A stretch of 61,338 nucleotides of DNA, taken from IMG/VR virus record IMGVR_UViG_3300036944_001020, positions 1 through 61,338 of that record. One strand, given 5' to 3'. The notes under the pieces are model-generated. The model ran no database searches, was not told the DNA's origin, and saw only the letters and a program-made list of their open reading frames with translations. This document shows, in pieces, positions 29,109 to 40,121 of the stretch. Made by a program: the position numbers and the translations under genes. The first letter of the stretch is position 1. Each line of letters opens with the position of its first letter. This DNA comes from a virus (taxonomy: Duplodnaviria > Caudoviricetes).

Positions 29109-30017
29109 TTATACTACTGATGTTGCATATAGATTTTTAATTTTTGGAACATATGGAGAATTATATGAATAGAATACAACTTTAATTGCATAGCGGTTGA
29201 AGTTCTTATAAGTCGATGTTATTGTCCCTGTACCGGATGCAGTTGTAGATGTATATGTTAAATCTGGATCTAACAATTCATATGTCTCATTAGAATAATC
29301 GATGCTTGATAATCCATTAAATCTTTTAATTCCACCATTAGAAACTAATTTCATTCTTTTCCATGGAATTGTATTCGGATTGTTAGTATCAGCAGATCCT
29401 AATACTCTGCAAAAAACTTCAATATCTGTTCCAGTTTTTCTATTTACATCCAATTTAACTCTGACACCAGTTGAATCAAAGTCTGGCATCAAATTAACTA
29501 ATTTACTCAAATATCGAGCACGAGCAACTCCCGCTGTAGAAGTTAATTCAGAGTCCGATGTATCTGTTTCGTAAGGATCAACTTGATTTTGGTATAAAAC
29601 TCCAGAGGTTTTCTGGAAGTCAAATATTGGAGTGATATCTTTAGAATTATTTGTCAATGTAACCTGAACCGATACCGATCCCTCAACATTTGCAACTTTT
29701 GTTTCATTTAATACGTATGGAAAATTCGTTAAAATAGAATCAAACGTAGAGGCTTCTCCTGCAATATTCGTATATCTTGCAGTCATTGTTATATCTGTTA
29801 TTCCGGGGATTGTAACAGATGCATTTTTCAATCTAATGTTATCAAACTGAAATCTCGATTGATCTAAACTTAAAAGATCAAATGTAGATGTTCCAGTTTT
29901 AAATATTGATTTTCTCAATATGAAACACAAATCTTCGTTTGTATTTGGCTGTCTACTTGATATATTAGATGGTCTGAATAATGCGCCAGTTGCGCTTGAT
30001 GGTGTATTTGTTGCCAT
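29109..30017 (-). CDS. VrlC-like structural protein, C-terminal part
   Basis: GALFRPSN...EDLCF, ARYLSKLVNL and FNRYAIKVVF...VPKIKNL resemble the C-terminus of VrlC/DUF4815 proteins. Confidence 0.7.
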   Translation of the reverse strand: MATNTPSSATGALFRPSNISSRQPNTNEDLCFILRKSIFKTGTSTFDLLSLDQSRFQFDNIRLKNASVTIPGITDITMTARYTNIAGEASTFDSILTNFPYVLNETKVANVEGSVSVQVTLTNNSKDITPIFDFQKTSGVLYQNQVDPYETDTSDSELTSTAGVARARYLSKLVNLMPDFDSTGVRVKLDVNRKTGTDIEVFCRVLGSADTNNPNTIPWKRMKLVSNGGIKRFNGLSSIDYSNETYELLDPDLTYTSTTASGTGTITSTYKNFNRYAIKVVFYSYNSPYVPKIKNLYATSVV

Positions 30018-30047
30018 TTTATTTTCTTTTTAAATTAATACTTCTTA

Positions 30048-31238
30048 TTAAGCATTATACGAATTTGGTTGAGCGTTTACTCCCAAAAATGTTTGATCTG
30101 CTACAACACTGGTACGGCATTGTGCGTTGTATTCTACAATTGCTTTCAAGTATTCATTATCTATATTTGTTTTAGCTGTTGCCGAATCACCATCCGAATT
30201 CCATGGTCGATTTATACCTATCCCATATTTTTCTATGTGAGCAGTTTGAAAGCGTTGGAATGAGTCATTCCATGTTGGTGGGCGCGTACAAACGTATGTC
30301 GGTGTTCCAACAGTAACATATGACACCTTATCAACATAGGTAACTTCGTCTCTATAAATTATTTCTGCATCAGGTAGTGTATCTGTAAATTTCCTAATAC
30401 CGGCAGTTGATGTATATAATTCATACTTATCAGAATTAGTTCTAACTGAAAATGCATATTGCCCCGGAGCAAAATAAATTGGCGTTCTAAAATTGAATGC
30501 TGTTGCTGGCCCAATTGATGCAAATATTCCAGCATCAGTTTGCAAGTCTGGAACCTTTACTGTGTCTGGATATAAACATACATATGAATTTTTAATATAG
30601 CTATTGGAAATTGGAATTCCCTCTGTGTCGCATGACTGCATTTCTACTGATACTGGCAAAATAGAATCTTTTCTTGCGAAAAATAAATCCAATGATGAAA
30701 TGAATAATCCATTTGGATATTCTTGTGGATTTACGAAAAAGGTCTGAGCCAATAATTCAAATTTATCCTGAGCATATGTATTATCCGGATCAGTATTATT
30801 TGAAGTTGGTGGAAGTGCTACCGAACTCGCAACAACTGATCTCAACTTTTCTGGGGCATCTGTTGATTTTGTGAATCCCTGATCAGTATTAAAAGTTGAA
30901 TTTCCCGTCACATAAAAAGAAGATTCTGCAATAAATCTACTTATAGAAATATTGGTTGGATTGTCCACAAAAGATAATCTTATCTGCCCTGCCTCAAATT
31001 TATATGTTTCCGTATTTGGAATAAGCAACAGTCCAGCAACATATCCACTTTCATCGGTTATTAGCGCATCTCCATATTTTCCGCTATATGGGGATGCGTA
31101 ATCTGACATTGGAATATTATTGATGAATAGATACACTCTAGTAGTAGGAGGCAAATGATCAATTTCCCAAGTTAGTTCGTGTGTCTGCGCATAAACTTTT
31201 ATGTTGTCATTTGGACCGGCATTTATATTAAGTGGCAT
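30048..31238 (-). CDS. VrlC-like structural protein, middle part
   Basis: LITDESG, LAQTFFV...GLFISSLDLFFARKD and TAFNFRTPIY. Confidence 0.7.
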   Translation of the reverse strand: MPLNINAGPNDNIKVYAQTHELTWEIDHLPPTTRVYLFINNIPMSDYASPYSGKYGDALITDESGYVAGLLLIPNTETYKFEAGQIRLSFVDNPTNISISRFIAESSFYVTGNSTFNTDQGFTKSTDAPEKLRSVVASSVALPPTSNNTDPDNTYAQDKFELLAQTFFVNPQEYPNGLFISSLDLFFARKDSILPVSVEMQSCDTEGIPISNSYIKNSYVCLYPDTVKVPDLQTDAGIFASIGPATAFNFRTPIYFAPGQYAFSVRTNSDKYELYTSTAGIRKFTDTLPDAEIIYRDEVTYVDKVSYVTVGTPTYVCTRPPTWNDSFQRFQTAHIEKYGIGINRPWNSDGDSATAKTNIDNEYLKAIVEYNAQCRTSVVADQTFLGVNAQPNSYNA

Positions 31239-31264
31239 TTTTTTATCTCGTCGTTAGTTTCATA

Positions 31265-34200
31265 TTATTTATTTGCAATATACCATGCATTTAGAACATC
31301 ACCGCCCAAATCATGGATATATTTAAATATAGTCTGTGCGTCATCGGTAGTAATGATTCCAGAACTTACATCTTTAACCAATTTTCCACCGTCACCGATT
31401 ACACTGGTTGTACCCAAATCATTAACAGTGTATGTTCCATCGCCATCAACTAATAGATTATAAACTGCTTCGTTTTCTACTTCATACATTGAAGCAGGTT
31501 CAATTTGTTCACATAAACCTAGCCATGGATAATTTGCCTCAATTGTAGATTTATTGTAACTACTTAATACACCATTAATTATCAATGGATGATTTAGTGT
31601 CCCAAATGGAATTATGTCATTTCTTGGGCTGTATAATTTTCCAGTATATTCTGAACTAATAACAAATGTAACGGTATTTATACTTGTTTCATCGTTATTA
31701 AAAATTCTATCCCCGACTCTAACATCTGATATATTCTTATATGTTCCATCTTCCAGTTTTACCTGAGTAGTTGAAATAAAACATAAGAATCCAGAAGAAA
31801 ATACGGATGCAATTGCATTTCCTATTCCACTAACAATATTTGTAGCAACTTTTCCAATATCATTGATTAATACTGGGATATCATCAATAATTGGTGTCCA
31901 TCCAGAGTTAGAGCTAGTTGATGCGGTTGGAGATACTGTTGATGCCGCATTCAATGGAACATCAGAGTATGATCCCCATGTGTTTGGAACAATTATTTCT
32001 CCCGCCGGAACCTCAACAGTTTTTGGAACCTCGACGGTTTTTGGAACTACTACAATAATTGGAGCAACTACAATTGCCGCCGGATTTGCCTTTGTGGTTC
32101 CAGTTGCATCTAATTGACTAATGAAAATTTCTTCTCCAACAATTGGCATAGTTATCAAATTATTATTTCGATCAACTCCTGAATTATTGGATAGTTTAAA
32201 TCCGAGAGTTCTAGCATCGACGGATGGATAGCAAGATTGGTCAATAATATCTATTGCTGCCCCGAATCCTGCATCATAAATGTCGCCATAATCTCGCGTT
32301 TTAAAATCATCAATAAAAAATCCAGTTTTGTATAATTCGATTCCCGATGCGTTAAATACTTTATCGTTTAACGCAATAATTTCCAATCCCTGACGTTTTA
32401 TGACATTTTCAATTAAAGAAACACGTTTTTCTATTATGCCAATATCTGACATAGTAAAATTATAAATGTTTATTTGTTCAATGTTAACAAACTGAGCATC
32501 TGATGTAAATGGTGGAATCTGCAAATTATAAATAAGTTGCATATTTTTGTTGGTCTTATTTGGAGGATATTTTGGTATTATTTGCGGAATACCTTTATCT
32601 ACAAAAAATCTTTGACCGCGAGATTCTACACTCGTTTCATTGTTGGTTATGTAAATTCTATCATATCTTGGCAAATAATATGTAATATCGGCTTCAGTTA
32701 AAAATTGAGGATTTGGTCTTATATGTTCTTGTAGAATCATATAAGTTAGACTGGTATTTAATCTAATTGGTCTAAAATCTAAACAATCTCTTAGAATTTT
32801 TGTACTATTGTTTATAGGAGAAGTGAAATTTTTAATATCACTGTAATCTGGATATGAATCCGCAACAATGACCCCAGTTCCCGTGTGAGTGTAATAATTA
32901 AAAGTAACTAATACTCTACCGGGAACAGTGGCAGTCGATCCAAGCCATCTTATTCCACCAAAATCATATATAGTATCTCTTTGACCATCGTCTAAATAGA
33001 ATTGCAATTTACTCAAAGGAGTTAACAATTCCCATATAAGGGTATTTGTTAAACTAGCACCATAACTATTATCGATTGCCCTATACACATTTCCATTTGT
33101 ACTATTTACAACCACATCATTCAACGAATAATCAAGCTGATCGGAATATGCTCCGGTAAAATTATAGGTTTCTAGCTTATAAACGTTATAAAATTTGTTT
33201 ATATCGGAGTAGCTAATTTGATATTGTTTATCGGATAATTGTATATTGGCAACTGCTCCAGTAATACTTGATAATGTTTTTTGGCGAATTTCTGTATCAT
33301 CACAGTCAACTGTTGCATTTATATCTAAGTAACCATTGAAAGTGGTATCCGTCAATCTTATTGTGGCAGTTCTACCTTGATTAGATAATGTGATAGTTGC
33401 TGCCGTATCAAGAGGTACGCGACCAATTGTTGTTGCTCCGCTTGCAGATGTTGCCACAGCGGTAAATAGTTCGCGTATTAATGATTGAGACAATACACCA
33501 TCACCGGAGCCGAATGATTCTGGAGTGTTTAATGTCAATGTAACTACACCGGCACTTGCAATTTTATTAGAAAATGTTTTATTGTATTGCGTAGTTATTC
33601 TATCAACAGTTTTAATGTAGTTTCTTGAAATTGGAAATATTAAACTGTCAGTCTGAGCTTCAAAAGTATTTAATTTTGAATTTGATGTTAATCCGGCTGC
33701 GGCTACATTCGCATAAAATTTTGGAGATGCGTATGTTCCCCCATTGAGAGATAATGAGTTATTTACGGATACCAAAGATTTTGTATCTTCCACCAATAGG
33801 TTATTATTGGTTGAGTCCGGATAAAAGAAATAGCTATATAATCTATATAAAGTTGAGCTACCAGAGCCGCTATCATATTCCATGTGTTTAAAATATAGAT
33901 ACCCGGCTCTAGTAGCAGATGTAGTTGGATTTGTTACCGTATGCGCTTCCAATACCACATTTGCACCCGGAACAGTTTCACTCAACAAACCACCCTTAAT
34001 TGTTGAACCATCTATTAATAAGTAGTTTCCATATGAAACTCCAATATTGAATGCCAATTCAGTATTCGTAGTTAATGCTCTATCAATTGGAATTTCTGTT
34101 GGTGCAATGGTAGAAATTTCATATCCGCCAACATATGCAGAACCTTCTGATAAATTAAATTTTAGAGTTGCGGATGTAGTAGATACTGGAACCGATGAAA

Positions 34201-35383
34201 TTGAAAATGGAGTTACAAGATAATTTCCAGATTCATCATATGTTCTTTTTGCCAATTCTTGTCTTAGACTTGTTGCATCGGGTCTATTTGTAAATACTGT
34301 TCTATTGCCTTTTACGAATCTAACTATTTCAATGAATGTATCATCAACAATTGGTCGATCTGGGCCAACGGCAAAGCTAGTTAATTCTACCATTTCCAAC
34401 ACTAATTTATACTGTAATCTATCTGCACCACGGGCAAAGAAATTAGAACTTCCGATTGCCGGGTCTAGTAAAGATGAGTCTGCATCGCTTGTTACAATAT
34501 TTTCATTAAATCTTAAAACGGCAGATGCAGTTGGATAAGCTGTATATTTTGCTGGGACAATCGATTGAGATTCTGATTTAATAAACGTTTCATTTTTATA
34601 ATATGTTCCAGAATCAACTGTCAATATCAAAGAATTGCATGTACTGCGACGAACAAATCCAAATCTATCATTAATTATCTCAACGGGAATTTGTTCGCTA
34701 AGTTCAACCGAAATGGAACTATTGATTTTAATAACTGAAATATTTTTAGTAATTAAACGATGAGTTATATAATCACCAACTTTAATTCCAGAAATTACTG
34801 AAGAAAATGTAACTTCATTTGAATTCTTTCCAATATCTCCAACATAATATGAGTATATAGAATTAGCTACCAATGCAGTAATATCAGTACTCTTTTTAGC
34901 AAGAGCATCTACTTTATTGGCATAAAATTTTAAAATCTCTCCGTCTGAGAAAAATCCACTATTAGCATACGTGTATTTACCATTTGACAATGAAATTACA
35001 ATTGTTGGTTCATCGCCAATATTTGGATTGTCTGCCTCATATACAAATTTTACTTCGCCTAAAATATCCGATGTTGATCCAACTACCCAAGTATTTAAAA
35101 ATTGGTTTACATCAATTTCTACGCCATTTATCGAGTTCAATAATTTTACAGATCTTACATCTTTATTGATAGATATTGTTGATGTAGATAGCCCGGAAAT
35201 CGATGATCCATCTTTAAATAAGTAACCACCAATTTTACCAATTTGATTTTGTAGAATTGATTGTACCTGCGTTAATTCACGCGCTTGAACAGCATTACCG
35301 GGCTTGAATAAAATTTTATAGAAATTTTTATCTTCGCTAAAATCGTCAAAGTAAGGATTTACGTTTAAATTTGCTGATGCCAT
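31265..35383 (-). CDS. VrlC/DUF4815-like structural protein, N-terminal part, with a C-terminal Hint domain
   Basis: NLNVNPYFDDF...LFKPGNAVQARELTQVQSILQNQ, LAKRTYDESGNY, KTGFFIDDF; Hint motifs CFISTTQVKLEDG..KNISDVRVGD and VYNLLVDG. Confidence 0.8.
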   Translation of the reverse strand: MASANLNVNPYFDDFSEDKNFYKILFKPGNAVQARELTQVQSILQNQIGKIGGYLFKDGSSISGLSTSTISINKDVRSVKLLNSINGVEIDVNQFLNTWVVGSTSDILGEVKFVYEADNPNIGDEPTIVISLSNGKYTYANSGFFSDGEILKFYANKVDALAKKSTDITALVANSIYSYYVGDIGKNSNEVTFSSVISGIKVGDYITHRLITKNISVIKINSSISVELSEQIPVEIINDRFGFVRRSTCNSLILTVDSGTYYKNETFIKSESQSIVPAKYTAYPTASAVLRFNENIVTSDADSSLLDPAIGSSNFFARGADRLQYKLVLEMVELTSFAVGPDRPIVDDTFIEIVRFVKGNRTVFTNRPDATSLRQELAKRTYDESGNYLVTPFSISSVPVSTTSATLKFNLSEGSAYVGGYEISTIAPTEIPIDRALTTNTELAFNIGVSYGNYLLIDGSTIKGGLLSETVPGANVVLEAHTVTNPTTSATRAGYLYFKHMEYDSGSGSSTLYRLYSYFFYPDSTNNNLLVEDTKSLVSVNNSLSLNGGTYASPKFYANVAAAGLTSNSKLNTFEAQTDSLIFPISRNYIKTVDRITTQYNKTFSNKIASAGVVTLTLNTPESFGSGDGVLSQSLIRELFTAVATSASGATTIGRVPLDTAATITLSNQGRTATIRLTDTTFNGYLDINATVDCDDTEIRQKTLSSITGAVANIQLSDKQYQISYSDINKFYNVYKLETYNFTGAYSDQLDYSLNDVVVNSTNGNVYRAIDNSYGASLTNTLIWELLTPLSKLQFYLDDGQRDTIYDFGGIRWLGSTATVPGRVLVTFNYYTHTGTGVIVADSYPDYSDIKNFTSPINNSTKILRDCLDFRPIRLNTSLTYMILQEHIRPNPQFLTEADITYYLPRYDRIYITNNETSVESRGQRFFVDKGIPQIIPKYPPNKTNKNMQLIYNLQIPPFTSDAQFVNIEQINIYNFTMSDIGIIEKRVSLIENVIKRQGLEIIALNDKVFNASGIELYKTGFFIDDFKTRDYGDIYDAGFGAAIDIIDQSCYPSVDARTLGFKLSNNSGVDRNNNLITMPIVGEEIFISQLDATGTTKANPAAIVVAPIIVVVPKTVEVPKTVEVPAGEIIVPNTWGSYSDVPLNAASTVSPTASTSSNSGWTPIIDDIPVLINDIGKVATNIVSGIGNAIASVFSSGFLCFISTTQVKLEDGTYKNISDVRVGDRIFNNDETSINTVTFVISSEYTGKLYSPRNDIIPFGTLNHPLIINGVLSSYNKSTIEANYPWLGLCEQIEPASMYEVENEAVYNLLVDGDGTYTVNDLGTTSVIGDGGKLVKDVSSGIITTDDAQTIFKYIHDLGGDVLNAWYIANK

Positions 35384-35392
35384 ATTGTTCTC

Positions 35393-36688
35393 TTAAAATT
35401 CTAATACGATGTGAATATTTTCTACTTGATCAATTGATCTTGTTATTGCGGTGCGATTATCAACATAAACTATATCGCCTGTATACTTTTTAATATCCGG
35501 CAAATAAACATTTTTTACTACGCCACTTGCACCGGTTGCCGATGTTGTTATTCTTTCCCCGACAACAAATTTTTTAAAATTATTGTTTAAATCCGTTGTT
35601 TGTATATATCTAATATTCGTATTCCCAGTTCCATCCGAAGATGAATCTATAATATATGCATTTGCAGTAGAAGTATTTCCGGTAAAATATTGATTTTTTG
35701 GAAAACTTGCCCCAACATCTGCTGTTACACTAATAACATAATTTGCATTAGCAGTAGTATTATTAAAATATGAATTATTTAAATCTTTAACATTATCAAT
35801 AATTCCAATAGTTCTATAAGAAACATTTGTTGAAAAATCGGAATTAGATGCTTCTCTAATTAATCTACTATTTATCATCAAATATCTAGCAAATAATTCA
35901 GTTGATGGTTCAAACCCATGACCACCATATGCAGGTATTACTACATTTGCAGTTGCACCACTTCCATCACCTACAATTGTTGCGGTTGCATATCTATAAT
36001 CAACTCCACCATTTGTCACAACAATAGAATCAACTTTACCACTAACTATTCTTGGAATTGCAGATAAATTGCTACCATTACCAGTAATTATTACATTAGT
36101 ATTGGCAGAAGTATATCCTGAACCAGATGTTACAACTCGTATTCTACTAATTTTTCCATCAATTGCAGAATCAACCACATCCGGATTAGATAATACTGGA
36201 ATCCAATTGCTTGTTAAGAATTTCAATTGAGCAGTTGGAGATATGGTGTATAGATATTTCCACATGTAATTATCGGATAATATAAATGGCTCCAATGACT
36301 CTCCACTTGGTTCAATGGCAGAATATGCCCCTTTATTATTATCTAAGCAAATATATACTCCAAAATCTCTATTCATTACATAGAAATTTTTATTTTTTAA
36401 ATCTGGATCTTTATCATCAAATTCTGCAAAGTATGTTCCTATTTTCCAATCTATTCTTGGTATAACTAAGCAAGAATTTTGAGGTAAAATTTTTCTCAAA
36501 CTGATAATTCCATCCCATATTTTAAATTCGCTTTCAGATGAATCCTTGACTACATCTGGGAGAGTTTCATTTGCCCACGGATACGGTCTAGCAATGAACA
36601 CAAATAAATTTGATGTTTCATTTTGTATCGTATTTGAAATTTGTTTTGCGTTGAAAACACTAAATTTTGTTGTTACTATATTTGTCAT
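35393..36688 (-). CDS. 8: Baseplate wedge gp8
   Basis: FYVMN..VYICLDN, DNYMWKYLYTI and GDIVYVDNRTAITRS.DQVENIHIVLEF. Confidence 0.9.
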   Translation of the reverse strand: MTNIVTTKFSVFNAKQISNTIQNETSNLFVFIARPYPWANETLPDVVKDSSESEFKIWDGIISLRKILPQNSCLVIPRIDWKIGTYFAEFDDKDPDLKNKNFYVMNRDFGVYICLDNNKGAYSAIEPSGESLEPFILSDNYMWKYLYTISPTAQLKFLTSNWIPVLSNPDVVDSAIDGKISRIRVVTSGSGYTSANTNVIITGNGSNLSAIPRIVSGKVDSIVVTNGGVDYRYATATIVGDGSGATANVVIPAYGGHGFEPSTELFARYLMINSRLIREASNSDFSTNVSYRTIGIIDNVKDLNNSYFNNTTANANYVISVTADVGASFPKNQYFTGNTSTANAYIIDSSSDGTGNTNIRYIQTTDLNNNFKKFVVGERITTSATGASGVVKNVYLPDIKKYTGDIVYVDNRTAITRSIDQVENIHIVLEF

Positions 36689-36710
36689 AGTTATTGTTTT
36701 GCTTTATTTA

Positions 36711-38258
36711 TTAAAATAATTTATTGTACACGTAGGTAAAATCTGCTCTATGATCTATCGTATCAACAGTAAGTGTAGTTAAATCTCCCGTATAGGTTTC
36801 AACGTCCCCAATTTCTGGATCATCCGCAGATAATACCCTAGATACAAGCATATCTTCTTTTGTATTTTGCAACATCAATTCATTAAATAACTGCATCCCG
36901 GATGGATGTAATAATTTAGTTGCATATTTTCTCCAATCGTCTATTGAACGCTGGGATCTTATTACATATGAAAACGGCTGATAATAAACTGGGTCGGCTT
37001 CTGCTGCATCGGGTAATTTACCCTCAAGCATCATGTTTTCAGATAATTTCCCGTCAGTATTTTTCCAATATCCTTCTGTTATTCTTACTACAGTTATATT
37101 TGGAGTTAACTCTGCAATATCATTATATTTAATTTTAGCAGTTCCAGTTGCAAATTGACTTGAATAATCTTCACTGGATCTTAATTGTATTCTGTTTCTT
37201 GTTGGAATTGATGTAACTATTGTAGTTTGACTAACATTATTATTGCTAATAACATCATTGAGTATTTTTAAATCTTCATTGTATGTAACAGTAATGTTGC
37301 TTCCACGAGTCAGCCCATGTGGCTTTGGAAAATACAAATCTATGATATTGTTATTTAATTTATATTGAACATTTGATGTGATTGTAGATGGAGTAGGAGC
37401 ATTTATGGTGGTATTTCCAACATATGCTATCCCGGTTTTCTTAACATTGATATTCAATATTTTACCGGCGTCATTTACCCCAGATACTTCTGCAAATATA
37501 GTAGTCCCCGTATTCGCATAAACTGATATATTATCTCCAACTGCATACCCAATTGCACCATCAATTATGTCGATATCATTTAATACTGGATATATTTGCG
37601 CTTCAATACTAGTTATAGTTCTATCATCATTTAATTTTGAAGAAGTTATTTTTTCCCCGGAAACAAAGTTCCCAATAATGGAATCTCTATCAATGAAAAC
37701 TTCAAAAACATCATCCGCCTCTAATCTATATTTAAATACAGAATTTACGATTGCACTTGCCCCCGATACATTTCCCGTAATTTTAGAATTTGTTAATTTA
37801 AATATATTATTTGATAATTGTGTATTCGGGGATTTTAAAAATAATGAATATAATTGTATCCATTTACCATCGGATGGTTTTAATACAACTTCCCATGGAT
37901 AAACTATTTCAATTGCCTCGTTATATAATATAGTAAATAGCAAATTGTAAGATTTCTCTGAGCCTTTGCTAGTATAAAGATCTTTTATATTTTTAATGAA
38001 TGTTGCAACATCCGCAGAAATAATAGATGGGGAATCTACCCCATACATTGCAAAAAATCTATCAATTAAACTAGAAATTGTTTCATCTATATTTGCATAA
38101 GATTGTAAATTTTGAAGCAATTCCTGAGAATTTTTTTCTTGCTCCAAAAATTTATAATATGCTTTTATAAATTCAGAAAATGTCTCATTGTCTGCCCTGA
38201 TGAACTCAGGGATCTGTGATGATACTATTGCTGATAATTTATTCTTTAGTTGTGGCAT
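36711..38258 (-). CDS. 7: Baseplate wedge initiator gp7-like
   Basis: QIPEFIR, LYTSKGSEKSY, LKPSDGKW and YYQPFSYVI...LLHPSG. Confidence 0.8.
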   Translation of the reverse strand: MPQLKNKLSAIVSSQIPEFIRADNETFSEFIKAYYKFLEQEKNSQELLQNLQSYANIDETISSLIDRFFAMYGVDSPSIISADVATFIKNIKDLYTSKGSEKSYNLLFTILYNEAIEIVYPWEVVLKPSDGKWIQLYSLFLKSPNTQLSNNIFKLTNSKITGNVSGASAIVNSVFKYRLEADDVFEVFIDRDSIIGNFVSGEKITSSKLNDDRTITSIEAQIYPVLNDIDIIDGAIGYAVGDNISVYANTGTTIFAEVSGVNDAGKILNINVKKTGIAYVGNTTINAPTPSTITSNVQYKLNNNIIDLYFPKPHGLTRGSNITVTYNEDLKILNDVISNNNVSQTTIVTSIPTRNRIQLRSSEDYSSQFATGTAKIKYNDIAELTPNITVVRITEGYWKNTDGKLSENMMLEGKLPDAAEADPVYYQPFSYVIRSQRSIDDWRKYATKLLHPSGMQLFNELMLQNTKEDMLVSRVLSADDPEIGDVETYTGDLTTLTVDTIDHRADFTYVYNKLF

Positions 38259-40120
38259 TATTTTATTGCACTAATGTTAATTTGCAATCCTGCATCTCTG
38301 TTCGATTCAGAATTTGGTGTGCTATCATCAATTATCAAAATTTGATTTTTCTTTGCATATAAATTTTGAGATTGAACTTCTGCATTGAATCTAATATCAG
38401 ATGTATTATCTGGATAACCAACTAAATTCAATGATGGAATTGAAATTACTCCGGTTCCATAATTAATGGTTCCAAATTTACTGTTAATTATTTTAGTATT
38501 TTCAAAATTAACTAGCTGTAAAGTTCCAGTCCCATTTAAATTGTATGGATTTTCATTTGATACATCGATAATTTTAACTTTGATAGTAGAATCTTCGTAA
38601 TAATAATTGAATCCGGTTGAATTCAAAGTTGATGGCAATATAGCATTATTAAAATCAATTGCAGTTGTTTCAGTATATAAATTTGTAGTATTTAGTTTAG
38701 GATTAATTCTTTTTTGAATTTTTACTTTTGTTAAATTTCCAACTATTGCCGGGTTGCTATTATCAATCAATTTTGTCAATTTTGAAAACACAAAATCATT
38801 TCCAAATTTTTGTAAATTATTTGTAAAATAGTCGCGTATAGCTATATCAACAATTAACTTCATATCGGAAGAACTGACTGTTGAAATTTTCGAATCATAT
38901 TCTACGGAAGTGGAGACATTGATGTAAATATATTCGGGATCAATTATCACCGGAATCATTGCCATGACTCTTCTATTCGATAATACATCCTGTGTTATCT
39001 GATTCTTAATAGTCGAGCTTATTACATACCCATCATATGGCTTCAATGATATAAAAACTTTTCCGTATTCAGGTGGTGAATTATCTTCCCCGCCCCATGC
39101 GGATATTGATTCAATTAATGGATAATTTTCCTGTATGATAGTAGCATAATCTGTCGCGGTTACTGCTCTATTTTGTGCTGAATAAAATTTTGGAGCTTTA
39201 AATTTTATACTATCAATCGTATCTCTATCTGCTCCGCCAGTTGAATTTTGGATTGCAGTAATTTCTCCGGGCACATTTCCGCCCCCAATAGACGCAGAAG
39301 TGGTGAATGTTTGTGTTATATTACCAGAAACATTTCCAAGCATGCCTTGGCTTACGACATATTGCAATCTTATCAAATTTCCGGCAACTAATTTTTTACC
39401 AAGAACTCCATCGCCAAAATATATTTGATATTTTCCCTCAGTATTTTCTTCCAAATAATATACTGTTGATTGTGAATTTATATCAGTGATATTTTCTACT
39501 TGCGTATATAGCGTAGTAGTAGTGTCAGTATATGAATTTTGTACGAGAACTCTAATGCTAGTTGTATCAACTGCATCACTAGGGATTTCATATTTTTCTG
39601 CTGGCCCCGGATTTGATGCTCTATGAACATACTCAACTGGAGTTCCCTCAACTATGCTTACATTATCAAATTTGTATTGTCCATTCAATGGCTCAATTGT
39701 CACTGGGTCTACATTGACAAAGGAGTATATGTCCCCATTTATTGTTGTAGAAAATACCGTATATTTGTCTAGAGTCAACGATATCGGGGAGTTGCTTGGA
39801 TTTATAACTTCGAATGATATAACCGCCTTTGCTCCGCGAATTGATGCGGGAGTGTATCCAAGATGTTTTGCAATAGACACTGCCGACTCTCTTTTTACCG
39901 CGCTGTCCAAGAACATTTCATTTGCAACCATATTTGCTAGGTATGCATTATAATGAGTATTATATGAAAGTAAATCGATTAATACAGATAGACTAGACCC
40001 CTCAAAATCAAAGTCTGTAAAAATCAAATTTCCAGTATCATCGGTATATGATTTTAAAAATGTTTTTAAATTTGTTTTGATATTATCAAAATCTAATTCG
40101 GATATTCTAAGAGAAGCCAT
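38258..40120 (-). CDS. 6: Baseplate wedge gp6
   Basis: ELDFDNIK, DFDFEGS, QNRAVTATDY and WGGEDNSPPEYGKVFIS. Confidence 0.95.
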   Translation of the reverse strand: MASLRISELDFDNIKTNLKTFLKSYTDDTGNLIFTDFDFEGSSLSVLIDLLSYNTHYNAYLANMVANEMFLDSAVKRESAVSIAKHLGYTPASIRGAKAVISFEVINPSNSPISLTLDKYTVFSTTINGDIYSFVNVDPVTIEPLNGQYKFDNVSIVEGTPVEYVHRASNPGPAEKYEIPSDAVDTTSIRVLVQNSYTDTTTTLYTQVENITDINSQSTVYYLEENTEGKYQIYFGDGVLGKKLVAGNLIRLQYVVSQGMLGNVSGNITQTFTTSASIGGGNVPGEITAIQNSTGGADRDTIDSIKFKAPKFYSAQNRAVTATDYATIIQENYPLIESISAWGGEDNSPPEYGKVFISLKPYDGYVISSTIKNQITQDVLSNRRVMAMIPVIIDPEYIYINVSTSVEYDSKISTVSSSDMKLIVDIAIRDYFTNNLQKFGNDFVFSKLTKLIDNSNPAIVGNLTKVKIQKRINPKLNTTNLYTETTAIDFNNAILPSTLNSTGFNYYYEDSTIKVKIIDVSNENPYNLNGTGTLQLVNFENTKIINSKFGTINYGTGVISIPSLNLVGYPDNTSDIRFNAEVQSQNLYAKKNQILIIDDSTPNSESNRDAGLQINISAIK

Positions 40121-40121
40121 T

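Noticed and set aside
31400-31783. Canonical splicing intein or mobile element
   Set aside because: No terminal His-Asn plus nucleophile and no homing endonuclease; treated as a cleavage-type Hint domain.
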